40,906 nt of DNA. Origin: a virus. The position numbers and the translations under genes were made by a program. Of the stretch, positions 9,482-18,820 are shown piece after piece (positions within the stretch are counted from its first letter, which is position 1; each line of letters opens with the position of its first letter). Location: the IMG/VR virus record IMGVR_UViG_3300021431_000039; one strand, written 5' to 3'. The notes under the pieces were generated by a model. It saw nothing but the letters and a program-made list of their open reading frames with translations, ran no database searches and was not told the origin of the DNA.

Positions 9482-9844
9482 TTGATTCTTGATGATATCA
9501 GAGAATTGAAGCAGGACATTGATGAATTGCAGATGAAAATTGATTCATTTGGAACAGTTGGTGCAATCAGATATGACAAAGAATGTGTTCAGACAAGTTC
9601 ATCAGGTGATTCATTTGAAAAGTCGGTCATCAGGTTGATCCAAGATAAGGAAAACCTTGAACACATGAAGAAAGCACATAAATTAATGTGTGCAAATGTC
9701 AACCTTTCTTATTATACAGACAGACAGAGGGAATTCATCAATTTGTATTATTTCCAAGCATATTCAATCAGGCAGTGCAGTCATATCATGAATATTAAAA
9801 AATCTGCACTGTGTAGAGTAAAACGCAGAATAAATTCAGCATAA
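9482..9844 (+). CDS. Late-gene transcriptional regulator, sigma-70 region-4-like HTH (DUF1492/RinA/ArpU-like)
   Basis: TTG start 7 nt after GGCGGTGA. The C-terminal TDRQREFINLYYFQAYSIRQCSHIMNIKKSALCRVKRR resembles region-4 HTH regulators. Sits immediately upstream of terS. Confidence 0.6.
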   Translation: MILDDIRELKQDIDELQMKIDSFGTVGAIRYDKECVQTSSSGDSFEKSVIRLIQDKENLEHMKKAHKLMCANVNLSYYTDRQREFINLYYFQAYSIRQCSHIMNIKKSALCRVKRRINSA

Positions 9845-9877
9845 ACTATTGTGTGTAAACTGAATTTATGCTATTAT

Positions 9878-9898
9878 TATATAGTAGAATACTATATA
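9878..9898. promoter_or_regulatory. Perfect 21-bp palindrome TATATAGTA-gaa-TACTATATA upstream of terS; carries the TATATAGTAG motif
   Basis: Direct reading. The same 10-mer occurs at 9423-9432 (+) and 33640-33649 (-). Confidence 0.5.
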
Positions 9899-9913
9899 AA
9901 AAAGAGACAAATG

Positions 9914-9950
9914 AAAGACACCAGCATGAAAAGGGCAGGTGTCTTTTTGC
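9914..9950 (+). terminator. Terminator-like hairpin between the late regulator and terS
   Basis: Stem AAGACACC / GGTGTCTT with a 15-nt loop followed by TTTT. The loop is large. Confidence 0.4.
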
Positions 9951-9993
9951 GTTAGCAAATAACAAAGAAAGGAAGGGGGTGTCAGGACATGGG

Positions 9994-10425
9994 ATGACAG
10001 CAAGACAGGAAAGATTTTGCCAAGAATTCATTGCATCAGGAAATGCAACACAGTCTGCTATCAAAGCAGGGTATTCTGATAAGAATGCTAAAACACAGGG
10101 TGCAAGATTGCTGATGTTGGATAAAGTAAAAAAGAGAATCAAAGAACTTCAGACAGAAGTCAAGAATGATAAGATTCTTGATGCTATTCAGATGCAGGAA
10201 GTCCTGACATCAATCATTCTAAAAGAATCTGAAGAAGAAGTGATTGTTGTTGAAGGATGCGGTGATGGTATTTCTGAAGCAGTCACCAAGACAAAAACAG
10301 CATCCAATCAGGACAGAATCAAAGCAATTCAGCTTCTTGCAAGAATGCAGGGGGCATTAGATAACACAGCAACAGTGAATGTTGTCCTTCCTGTGTTTGG
10401 GGGTGAAGATGACCTTGAAGAATAA
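9994..10425 (+). CDS. terS: Terminase small subunit (Terminase_2/P27-like)
   Basis: MTARQERFCQEFIASGNATQSAIKAGYS is the classic N-terminal HTH of this family. ATG 9994 follows GGAAGGGGGTG. The track start 9868 would span the palindrome and the hairpin. Confidence 0.85.
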   Translation: MTARQERFCQEFIASGNATQSAIKAGYSDKNAKTQGARLLMLDKVKKRIKELQTEVKNDKILDAIQMQEVLTSIILKESEEEVIVVEGCGDGISEAVTKTKTASNQDRIKAIQLLARMQGALDNTATVNVVLPVFGGEDDLEE

Positions 10426-10669
10426 ACACAGGAATAATGGAAAAGGAAAGGGAAACCGAAAAGCACAGGCAAGAAGAAGAAGACAAAGACAGAAGAATCA
10501 AGTCCCAAAGACTAAGAATTCTTATTGGTGCATTGATGGGAACTTCAGCAATCATCCTGTTGCTTACTGCACACATTATCATGGTGTATTGACACAGGGA
10601 TTGATGGATGTACATAAATGCAAGGAACATGGATGTTTTAGGTTAAGGGAAGGTAATAAATTTGAATAA
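10409..10669 (+). CDS. Hypothetical, highly basic Cys/His-rich small protein (86 aa)
   Basis: ATG after GGGGGTGAAG, overlapping the terS end. Arg/Lys-rich N-terminus, then C-x13-C-x-H-x-H...H-x-C-x3-H-x-C. The coding status of this purine-rich low-complexity stretch is uncertain. Confidence 0.35.
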   Translation: MTLKNKHRNNGKGKGNRKAQARRRRQRQKNQVPKTKNSYWCIDGNFSNHPVAYCTHYHGVLTQGLMDVHKCKEHGCFRLREGNKFE

Positions 10670-11891
10670 GAAATATTATTACCTGCCTGATATCGTTGGA
10701 AAAGGATATAAAAAGTTTTGGAATTTCAAAGGAAGATACAGAGCTGTAAAAGGAAGTCGTGCTTCCAAGAAATCCAAGACAACAGCACTTTGGTATATTT
10801 ACAACATGATGAAATATCCTGATTCAAATCTGTTGGTCATCAGAAAGACATTCAGAACATTGAAAGATTCTTGTTATGCTGATTTGAAGTGGGCATGTCA
10901 CAGATTTGGTGTTGATCATTTATGGCAGTTCACACTGTCACCTTTAGAAGCAACCTATCTTCCAACAAATCAGAAGATTTACTTCAGGGGGCTTGATGAT
11001 CCATTGAAAGTTACATCAATTGCAGTTGATAAAGGCTGTCTATGTTGGATGTGGATTGAAGAAGCATATGAAATCATGTCTGAAGCTGATTTTGATATGT
11101 TGGATGAATCAATCAGAGGTGAATGTCCTGATGGACTATGGAAGCAGATAACACTGACTTTCAACCCTTGGAATGAACATCATTGGCTGAAGAAACGATT
11201 CTTTGACAATCCTGATCCTGACACACTTGCATTGACTACCAACTATTTATGCAATGAATGGTTGGACAAAGCAGACTTGCAGGTGTTTGAAAGGATGAAA
11301 AAGAACAATCCAAGAAGATATGCAGTTGCAGGTCTTGGTGGATGGGGAATTGTTGATGGTCTTGTGTATGAGAATTGGAAAGAACAGTCATTCACACTTG
11401 ATGATGTAAGGAATTGCAAAACAAGATGTGGACTTGACTTTGGTTATACAAATGACCCTTCAGCATCACCAATCACGTTTCTTGATTTGGAAAATAAGAA
11501 ACTGTATGTGTGGGATGAACTTTATAAAACAGGTTTGTCAAACAAGAAAATATATGAAGAACTATCGTCAATGGGATATGGAAAAGAGAAATTCACAGGT
11601 GATTCTGCTGAACCAAAATCCATTGATGAATTGAAATCCCTTGGACTAAGAATCAAGGGGGCAAAGAAAGGAAAAGACAGCATCAACAATGGAATACAAT
11701 GGATCCAAGATCTTGAAATCATTATCCATCCAAGATGTGTCAACTTCCTGACAGAAATATCCAACTACACTTGGGATAAAGATAAATTTGGAAACAAACT
11801 GAACAGACCAATTGATGATTTCAACCACTTAATGGATGCAATGCGTTATGGTTTGGAAGATGACATCATTGGAAATGCTTGGTTGTATTAG
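10662..11891 (+). CDS. terL: Terminase large subunit (Terminase_3/PBSX XtmB-like)
   Basis: TTG start after AAGGGAAGG. Walker A-like KGSRASKKSKT, Walker B-like CWMWIEEA, and a C-terminal RNaseH-like nuclease (GLDFG...D...DA). Confidence 0.9.
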   Translation: MNKKYYYLPDIVGKGYKKFWNFKGRYRAVKGSRASKKSKTTALWYIYNMMKYPDSNLLVIRKTFRTLKDSCYADLKWACHRFGVDHLWQFTLSPLEATYLPTNQKIYFRGLDDPLKVTSIAVDKGCLCWMWIEEAYEIMSEADFDMLDESIRGECPDGLWKQITLTFNPWNEHHWLKKRFFDNPDPDTLALTTNYLCNEWLDKADLQVFERMKKNNPRRYAVAGLGGWGIVDGLVYENWKEQSFTLDDVRNCKTRCGLDFGYTNDPSASPITFLDLENKKLYVWDELYKTGLSNKKIYEELSSMGYGKEKFTGDSAEPKSIDELKSLGLRIKGAKKGKDSINNGIQWIQDLEIIIHPRCVNFLTEISNYTWDKDKFGNKLNRPIDDFNHLMDAMRYGLEDDIIGNAWLY

Positions 11892-11909
11892 AAAGGATGG
11901 TGAAGAAAT

Positions 11910-13370
11910 GTGTTAAAAGAAGATGAAATTCTGAAGTTTATTCAGGAAGACAAGGTGTCAACTAAGAAACATCTTGCTTCAATTGGTCAAAAATACTATG
12001 AAGCTGAACATGACATCATGCATTACAGGATGTTTTACTTCAATGCTGATGGACAATTGGTTGAAGATACAACAAGAAGCAATGTCAAGATTTCACATCC
12101 ATTCTTCACTGAATTAGTTGATCAAGCAGTGCAGTACATGTTATCAGGTGAAAATGGAATTATTCATTCTGATATTCCTGAACTTCAGACAAGATTGGAT
12201 GAATACTTTGATGATGACTTCATCTGTGAATTGAATGATGTTCTGACAGGTACAATGGCAAAGGGATTTGAATATATGTATGCTTACATGAACAAAGATG
12301 GAAAGCTGTCATTTGAATGTGCAGATTCCCTTGGTGTTGTGGAAGTCAGAGAAAAAGACACAGATGATGGTTGTGCATATGTTATTTATTGGTATGTTGA
12401 CAAGCTAACCAAGGAAAATAAGGTCATTAAAAGAATTCAGGTGTGGGATGAAAATCAGACAGTATTCTATGTACAGGAAGAAGAAGGAAAGCTGATTCTT
12501 GATGAATCAGAACCAATCAATCCAAGACCACATGTAATTTATAAGAAAGATGGTGATGAATCCATCTATTATGAAAACTTTGGTTTTATTCCATTCTTCA
12601 GATTGGACAATAACAAAAAGCAGTGGTCAGGACTGAAGCCGATCAAGGACTTGATTGATGACTATGACATTATGTCTTGTGGTTTATCAAATAACCTTGC
12701 TGATTTTGACTATCCATTGCATGTCGTAAAGGGGTTTCAAGGTGACAATCTTGATGAACTTCAGCAGAATCTGAAGACCAAGAGGATGATTGGTGTTGAT
12801 CCTGATGGTGGTATTGAAGTTCATACTGTGGATATTCCATATCAGGCGAGACAGGCAAAGATGCAGGAAGATGAAAAGAACATTTACAGATTTGGAATGG
12901 GATTCAATTCCGCACAGCTTGGTGATGGTAATGTAACCAATGTTGTTATCAAATCAAGATATGCACTTCTTGATTTGAAGTGCAACAAGTTGGAAATCAG
13001 AATGAAGCAGTTCCTGAAGAAGATTGTGAAGGTTGTCATTGGTGAAATCAACAGACTTGATGGAACTGATTATCAGGTCACAGACGTTTGGTTTGACTTT
13101 GAAAGGGAAGTCATGACCAATGCACAGGATAATGCACAGATTGAATTGACTGATGCACAAAAACAGCAGACACAAATCAATACAATCCTGTCACTTCAGA
13201 GTGTTCTTGATGATGAAACAATCATTCAGACTATCTGTGAAATCCTTGATATTGATTATGAAGATATCAAGGACAAACTTCCTGAAGATGAAGAAAAGGA
13301 TAATCAGCTTGCACAATCCACCTTGGAAGGGATTGTTCCTGAAGAAGGTGGTGAAGACATAGATGAATAA
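11910..13370 (+). CDS. Portal protein (SPP1 gp6-like)
   Basis: 486 aa, immediately after terL, acidic C-terminus. GTG start after GAAAGGATGGTGA. Confidence 0.8.
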   Translation: MLKEDEILKFIQEDKVSTKKHLASIGQKYYEAEHDIMHYRMFYFNADGQLVEDTTRSNVKISHPFFTELVDQAVQYMLSGENGIIHSDIPELQTRLDEYFDDDFICELNDVLTGTMAKGFEYMYAYMNKDGKLSFECADSLGVVEVREKDTDDGCAYVIYWYVDKLTKENKVIKRIQVWDENQTVFYVQEEEGKLILDESEPINPRPHVIYKKDGDESIYYENFGFIPFFRLDNNKKQWSGLKPIKDLIDDYDIMSCGLSNNLADFDYPLHVVKGFQGDNLDELQQNLKTKRMIGVDPDGGIEVHTVDIPYQARQAKMQEDEKNIYRFGMGFNSAQLGDGNVTNVVIKSRYALLDLKCNKLEIRMKQFLKKIVKVVIGEINRLDGTDYQVTDVWFDFEREVMTNAQDNAQIELTDAQKQQTQINTILSLQSVLDDETIIQTICEILDIDYEDIKDKLPEDEEKDNQLAQSTLEGIVPEEGGEDIDE

Positions 13371-15018
13371 GACTGAAAAACAGATTGCTAAATATCAGCT
13401 TCAGCAGGAACAAAAGACATTGCGTGAATTGAAACAGATATATGCACAGGCATCAAAAGAACTGCAAAAATCAATCAATGACTTGAATCTTAGAACTGAT
13501 ATGCAGAATCTTCAGTCTATTATCTATCAGGTCAAATATCAGGAAGCAATGAAGAAACAGATTGATGGTATTCTTGATAAGCTGAACAAAGGGTCTTATC
13601 AGACCATCAATGAATATCTTCAGGATGCTTATCAGAATGGATATATTGGTAACATGTATTCTTTACAAAAACAGGGAATTCCAATCACAGTTCCAATTGA
13701 TCAAAAGAAAGTGCTGACTGCACTTCAGACAGATTCAAAGCTGTCTTCTAAGTATCATTCAGGTGATATCTTAAAAGGAAGACTTGCTGAAGATGTCAAA
13801 AAGCTGAAAGTGACTATCAGAACAGAGTTATCAAGGGGAATTGCAAATGGCAAAACATGGGAACAGGTAGCATATAAGATTGCACTTGGTATGAATAACC
13901 CAATGTCAAAAGCCTTGAATATGGCAATGAGAATTGCAAGAACTGAAGGTCACAGAGTGAATCAGCAGGGATTCCTTGATGCAGGTACTGAAGCAAAGAA
14001 CAAGGGGGCAGACATTGTAAAACAATGGGATGCAACACTTGATTCAGTCACAAGACCTTGGCATCAGGAAGCAGATGGTCAAATCAGGGAATGGGATGAT
14101 TTCTTTGAAGTTGGCGGTGAAAAGATGAAAGCACCATCTGTTGGTGGTTCTGCAAGGAATGTCTGCAATTGCAGATGTCAGCTTCTTCAAAGGGCAAAAT
14201 GGGCATTGGATGAAGCTGAACTGAAAACCCTTCAAGACAGAGCTGAATATTTCGGGCTTGACAAATCAGAGTCGTTTGAAGACTTCAAAAAGAGGTATTT
14301 GAAGTTACCAAGTAACGCTGATACAATGAAATTGAAAGATGTTCTTAATGTGCCTGTTAAATCTTCAGATGCACATTATGATGCATTATTGACTAAACTA
14401 AATGAAATGAAGGTTGCATATAACCCTGTAAGGAATCACACAAAACAGTTGTCTAATGAAGAAATCATCAAGAGTCTTGCAGGTGGTGACAATACATCAG
14501 GTTCATGTGCATCTGTTGCTCTTGCCTATATTGGACAGAAACAAGGATGGGATGTTCTTGATTTTAGGGGCAACAAAAGTCAGGAATTCTTTTCAAACGG
14601 TTCCAACTTGGTGAAGTTATCACAATGTGAGGGAATCAAAACCCTAAAAGCACAAGGAAAATGTTCAAGCACTGTTGGGAATAGACTTTTGAAGATGGTG
14701 GAACAAGGCAAAGAATATTATTTGTGTGTTGGAAAACATGCATCCATTGTCAGGAAGACTGATGAAGGTGTTCTTCAGTATTTAGAACTACAATCGCCAT
14801 CAAAGTCAGGATGGACAAACTTTGATGGGAATCCTAGATACACATTACACACAAGATTTGGAACATCTAAAGACACAAAATTTTATGGTGGAATGATGGA
14901 CTTCATGATTGACATTGATGATAGTAATTTTGATACAGATGATTTCAAATCCTTACTTGGTTACATCAACACATCTGATTCAGAACAGAAGAAGGGAGAA
15001 TATGGAACAATCAAGTAA
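13363..15018 (+). CDS. MuF / SPP1 gp7-like minor head protein with an extra C-terminal domain of about 220 aa (putative papain-like Cys/His domain)
   Basis: MuF core: ARTEGHRV...VTRPWHQEADGQ...CNCRC. C-terminal part: SGSCASVALAY (Cys codon 14506-14508) and GKHASIV (His codon 14747-14749). Confidence 0.75.
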   Translation: MNKTEKQIAKYQLQQEQKTLRELKQIYAQASKELQKSINDLNLRTDMQNLQSIIYQVKYQEAMKKQIDGILDKLNKGSYQTINEYLQDAYQNGYIGNMYSLQKQGIPITVPIDQKKVLTALQTDSKLSSKYHSGDILKGRLAEDVKKLKVTIRTELSRGIANGKTWEQVAYKIALGMNNPMSKALNMAMRIARTEGHRVNQQGFLDAGTEAKNKGADIVKQWDATLDSVTRPWHQEADGQIREWDDFFEVGGEKMKAPSVGGSARNVCNCRCQLLQRAKWALDEAELKTLQDRAEYFGLDKSESFEDFKKRYLKLPSNADTMKLKDVLNVPVKSSDAHYDALLTKLNEMKVAYNPVRNHTKQLSNEEIIKSLAGGDNTSGSCASVALAYIGQKQGWDVLDFRGNKSQEFFSNGSNLVKLSQCEGIKTLKAQGKCSSTVGNRLLKMVEQGKEYYLCVGKHASIVRKTDEGVLQYLELQSPSKSGWTNFDGNPRYTLHTRFGTSKDTKFYGGMMDFMIDIDDSNFDTDDFKSLLGYINTSDSEQKKGEYGTIK

Positions 15019-15220
15019 ATGGTATAAGAACAACCCTGATGACAAGATATGGTGGTTGGACAATCATGAAGTAAAAGGTGAATGGGTGTTTTCTTTTGAT
15101 AAGAAGACTGAATTCAACATGTTCAGAGATTACCCACATGCATTGACATCAGAACAAAAGAAAATCTTTGATGATGAAAATCCATATTGGAAGGAATTCT
15201 TCAAAGATAGAACACAGTAA
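15002..15220 (+). CDS. Small protein (72 aa) overlapping the MuF 3' end; candidate cognate immunity/partner protein
   Basis: ATG 15002 follows AAGGGAG and overlaps the MuF gene by 17 nt. A terminator follows directly. Confidence 0.5.
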   Translation: MEQSSKWYKNNPDDKIWWLDNHEVKGEWVFSFDKKTEFNMFRDYPHALTSEQKKIFDDENPYWKEFFKDRTQ

Positions 15221-15222
15221 TT

Positions 15223-15251
15223 AAAAACACCTTGGAAACAGGGTGTTTTTA
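15223..15251 (+). terminator. Rho-independent terminator
   Basis: AAAAACACC-loop-GGTGTTTTT hairpin followed by a T-run. Confidence 0.7.
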
Positions 15252-15389
15252 TTATGTCCTAAGTAAGACACTAAACTGCTTTATTTTTATGTCATTTTCA
15301 TGGGTGACCATGTAAAACATCAGTGACTGACAGTCACATTCAAGACATAACTTGTAAAAATTGTAAATGTGAAAGGAAGGAATATAACA

Positions 15390-16019
15390 ATGACATTACA
15401 GGAATTATTGAAAGCACAGAACTTGACTGATGAACAGGTCAAAGGAATTCTTGATGCTATGAAAGAGAACAAAATTTATACTGCATCAGAAGAAAATCTT
15501 GATGTTAGATATGGAAAATTAAAGACTGATCATGATGCACTGGTTGCGAAGGATGCAAAATCACAGAAGCTGATTGCAGAACTTCAGAAAGCAACTGAAG
15601 GTCAGGAAGATGTGCAGACAAAAATTACAGAGTATGAAAAAACTATTCAGAAACAGCAGGAAGAACTTGTTGAAGCAAAAACAGAATCTGCATTGAAGAT
15701 TGGTCTTCTTTCAGCAGGTGCAAAGGCAACCGACATTGATTATCTGATTTATAAAATGAATCATGACAATGATTGGAAACCTGAACTTGGTGAAGATGGT
15801 CAGGTGAAAGGTCTTGATGACAAGCTGAAAGGACTGAAAACACAGTTCCCAAATCAGTTTGAATCAACTTCCACAAAGAAGATTGAAGAAAAGAAACTTG
15901 AAAAGCCTGAACAGAAAGACACAGTCACAAAGGAAGAGTTCAACAAAATGGGATATCAGGCAAGAAACAAGCTGTACAATGAAAATCCTGAATTATACAA
16001 AGAATTATCAAGCAATTAA
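15390..16019 (+). CDS. Scaffolding protein (DUF4355/GP20-like)
   Basis: MTLQELLKAQNLTDEQVKGILDAM start and coiled-coil-rich sequence, upstream of the capsid gene. ATG 15390 follows GAAAGGAAGG. Confidence 0.65.
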   Translation: MTLQELLKAQNLTDEQVKGILDAMKENKIYTASEENLDVRYGKLKTDHDALVAKDAKSQKLIAELQKATEGQEDVQTKITEYEKTIQKQQEELVEAKTESALKIGLLSAGAKATDIDYLIYKMNHDNDWKPELGEDGQVKGLDDKLKGLKTQFPNQFESTSTKKIEEKKLEKPEQKDTVTKEEFNKMGYQARNKLYNENPELYKELSSN

Positions 16020-16042
16020 GAAAGGTTAAAAGGTGAAAAATT

Positions 16043-16975
16043 ATGCCAAATACAACAACTAAATTATCTAATATTATCAATCCTGAAGTCATGTCTGACA
16101 TGATTGAAGCAAAGATTGAAGCACAGTGCAAGATTACACCATATGCACATGTAAACACAGACTTACAGGGAACAGCAGGTGACACAATCACAGTTCCATC
16201 TTGGAATTACATTGGTGATGCTGAAGACTTTGATGTCGAAAAAGCATCTGACACAAATGCTGAAGTTGAAACAACAAATCTGACAGCAGGGAGCACAACA
16301 TTCACAATTAAGTGTGCAATGAAAGCTGTTTCTATCTTACAGACTGCAATTAACAGTGGTCTTGGAAATCCGATTGGTCAGGCAACTTTACAGTTAGCAA
16401 AATCTATTGTCAACAAAGTGGACAATGATCTTATTGATGCTATTTATGCAAAGATGACTGCATCCAAGGATAAGTGCATCACTGCTGATGAAAAAGAAAC
16501 TTATGTCAACTATGATGGAATTGTTGATGCAGTAACTAAGTTTGAAGATGAAGAAGATGGAATTGAAAAGGTTATGTTCATCCATCCAAAACAGGAAAAA
16601 GCACTGCTTACTGATGAAGATTTTATTTCTGCTGATAAGTTTGAAGCAGGTGTTGCAGTCAATGGATCTATTGGTAAGATTGCAGGTTGCTGGATTAAAA
16701 AATCCAAGAAAGTAAAGCAGGAAGAAACAACCAACTGTTGGTTAAATCCTATCATTAAACTTGAGCCTGATTCTGCTGAAACAGAGTACACAGAAGATGA
16801 ACTTCCTGCATTAACTATTTTCTTAAAGAAAGATACACAGGTTGATCATGAGTGGTTTCCTAAGAAACAGAAGCATGATATCACAGCTTCCAAGTATTAT
16901 GGTGTTGCAGTAACAAATGCATCTAAACTTGTTGTTGCAAAATTCAAGGGTGATGCATCTACACCTACTGCCTAG
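16043..16975 (+). CDS. Major capsid protein
   Basis: 310 aa, strong RBS AAAGGTGA, position after the scaffold gene. Confidence 0.75.
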   Translation: MPNTTTKLSNIINPEVMSDMIEAKIEAQCKITPYAHVNTDLQGTAGDTITVPSWNYIGDAEDFDVEKASDTNAEVETTNLTAGSTTFTIKCAMKAVSILQTAINSGLGNPIGQATLQLAKSIVNKVDNDLIDAIYAKMTASKDKCITADEKETYVNYDGIVDAVTKFEDEEDGIEKVMFIHPKQEKALLTDEDFISADKFEAGVAVNGSIGKIAGCWIKKSKKVKQEETTNCWLNPIIKLEPDSAETEYTEDELPALTIFLKKDTQVDHEWFPKKQKHDITASKYYGVAVTNASKLVVAKFKGDASTPTA

Positions 16976-16997
16976 GTAAAGAAAGGCGGTGAATCTG

Positions 16998-17525
16998 ATG
17001 ATTATATCAGTTGATGATATTGTGTCTATGCCTGATTTTATAGGGCAGGACACAAAGATTCTTCAAAAGAAGCTGAATGCATTGGAACTTCTTATCAGGA
17101 AGTACACCAATAACAATTTTCAGAACAGAAGCATCAGATTCATAGGAAACAGTCTTGGTGACAGAATCTTTGGTGGTCATCCATTCATTAGAGTGGGTAA
17201 CACCATTCAGATTTCAGAATCAGAAGTGAATGATGGACTGTATGTTGTCACTGAAGTTGGTAAGGACTTCATAAGACTTGACAAAGAAGTGTTCACTGTT
17301 GATTCCAACATGGTCACAAAAGTTGTCTATCCTGAAGATATTCAGGTTGGAATCATCAATCTTCTGAAGTATGAAGTTAATATGCGTGATAAGGTTGGAA
17401 TCAAATCTGAATCACTGTCAAGACATTCTGTGACCTATGTTGATTATGATGCAAATAACCAAGTGATGGGATATCCTGTTTCCCTGCTTGGTTTTTTAAA
17501 ACCTTACATGAAAGCAAGATTCTGA
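16998..17525 (+). CDS. Head-tail connector (gp6-like)
   Basis: Synteny and size. ATG after GAAAGGCGGTGA. Confidence 0.5.
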   Translation: MIISVDDIVSMPDFIGQDTKILQKKLNALELLIRKYTNNNFQNRSIRFIGNSLGDRIFGGHPFIRVGNTIQISESEVNDGLYVVTEVGKDFIRLDKEVFTVDSNMVTKVVYPEDIQVGIINLLKYEVNMRDKVGIKSESLSRHSVTYVDYDANNQVMGYPVSLLGFLKPYMKARF

Positions 17526-17953
17526 TGATTTCAGTTGGTGGAAATACAACTGCATTGATTCAGGTGAAAGATGAAGGAACAAAGAACATCATTGGTGAAA
17601 AGGAACATGTATGGATGGATGTCACATCACTGAAAGGTTGGTTGGACTTATCCAATGGTCAGAATGACATTAGTGAATACAGTGCAAAGGTGCAATCATC
17701 CACACATATTTTTATCTGTGATTTCAAATCCTTCAGAAATCTTTCAAAGAAATGGGTTTGGAATCCATTTAATCTGAAAACAGGTGTGATTCAGTCTAAA
17801 CAGGATGAAACAAAGATTGATGCAACATCTGAAAATGCAAGAATGATTATTGATGGGGTTGAATACCACATCTTAATGATTGATGACCCTATGGGAATGC
17901 ATCAGCACTTGGAAATCATGCTTCAATATGTTGGGGGTGGTTTAGGTGTCTAA
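17525..17953 (+). CDS. Head closure / head-tail adaptor protein
   Basis: Synteny. ATGA overlap with the upstream gene. Confidence 0.5.
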   Translation: MISVGGNTTALIQVKDEGTKNIIGEKEHVWMDVTSLKGWLDLSNGQNDISEYSAKVQSSTHIFICDFKSFRNLSKKWVWNPFNLKTGVIQSKQDETKIDATSENARMIIDGVEYHILMIDDPMGMHQHLEIMLQYVGGGLGV

Positions 17954-18440
17954 GAATGTAGAATTCCATAGTTATTCAGTGAATGTGAAAACAGCACTGA
18001 AAGATAAAGCAATTGCTTTTCTTCATGAAATTGGTGGTGAAATCAGGTCACAGGCACAAAGAAATAGTAGAAGAAAGACATCACAGACAGCAGGTTCTTA
18101 TCAATACAAGGTTGATGAAAATGCACTTGCAGTTCACATTGGTTCAGATTATTGGAATGCAATCTATGAAGAATTTGGAACAGGTGAACATGCAATCAAT
18201 GGTGATGGGAGAAAAGGTTATTGGGTCTTTGTTGACACAGGTGGAAAACCACAAGCACCAAAAGGTGGGAAGACATACACCAAAGAAGAAGCAAAAAGAG
18301 TTGTTGCTATTATGAGAAAAAAAGGACTGAATGCCTATTATACCAATGGTAAAACAGCAAACAGACCTTTGTATAAATCGTTTACTGCAACAGAAGGAAA
18401 GATTCAGTCTGTTGCTGAAAGATATTTTGGGGGTGTTTGA
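17946..18440 (+). CDS. HK97 gp10-family tail-joining/neck protein
   Basis: YEEFGTGE motif and overall pattern of the gp10 family. GTG start after GGGGGTGG. Confidence 0.65.
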   Translation: MSKNVEFHSYSVNVKTALKDKAIAFLHEIGGEIRSQAQRNSRRKTSQTAGSYQYKVDENALAVHIGSDYWNAIYEEFGTGEHAINGDGRKGYWVFVDTGGKPQAPKGGKTYTKEEAKRVVAIMRKKGLNAYYTNGKTANRPLYKSFTATEGKIQSVAERYFGGV

Positions 18441-18442
18441 TA

Positions 18443-18817
18443 ATGACAATTGAAGGTCTTAATTATATAAGCAATCTGTTAGAATCATTAAACATTCCCT
18501 ATGAATTCATGAAATGGACTTCTGATATTCCTGAAACATATTGGGTTGGTGAATATCAGGAAATAGAAGCATTGAATGAAGATGGAATGGAAGAATGTAA
18601 TTTCATTCTGACAGGTAACACAAAAGGAAATTTTCTGAATCTTGAAACTGTGAAGGAATTACTGAAGGACACACTTGGATGTGATGGAATGACAGGCATC
18701 ATGGAAAGTGGTTCAGGCATTGCAATCATGTATGTGACAGCATATCCTGTTCCTTCAGTTGAATTTGGTATTCATAGATTAGAGATAACATTAAGAATAA
18801 AAGAATGGAAGGTGTAA
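18443..18817 (+). CDS. Tail completion / tail terminator-like protein
   Basis: Synteny upstream of the major tail protein. Alternative start TTG 18437. Confidence 0.45.
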   Translation: MTIEGLNYISNLLESLNIPYEFMKWTSDIPETYWVGEYQEIEALNEDGMEECNFILTGNTKGNFLNLETVKELLKDTLGCDGMTGIMESGSGIAIMYVTAYPVPSVEFGIHRLEITLRIKEWKV

Positions 18818-18820
18818 AAC

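Noticed and set aside
9868-9993. Track start of the terS ORF at 9868
   Set aside because: That extension would be translated through the 21-bp palindrome and the terminator-like hairpin. The conserved TerS N-terminus begins at ATG 9994, which has a strong RBS.
10437-10592. Alternative 51-aa ORF (MEKERETEKHRQEEED...TM segment) in the terS-terL gap
   Set aside because: It competes with the 86-aa ORF in another frame. The region is purine-rich and low-complexity, so neither frame can be preferred with confidence, and only the longer one with the better RBS is listed, at low confidence.
18013-18315. Alternative-frame + strand ORFs inside known genes (also 3941..4198, 6773..6997, 11428..11634, 13153..13362, 26502..26711, 27309..27515, 27885..28118, 28131..28358, 39288..39611)
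   Set aside because: They lie wholly within longer ORFs that carry recognisable family motifs, have no independent RBS, and have skewed Met/Gln/Lys-rich composition typical of off-frame translation of purine-rich sequence.
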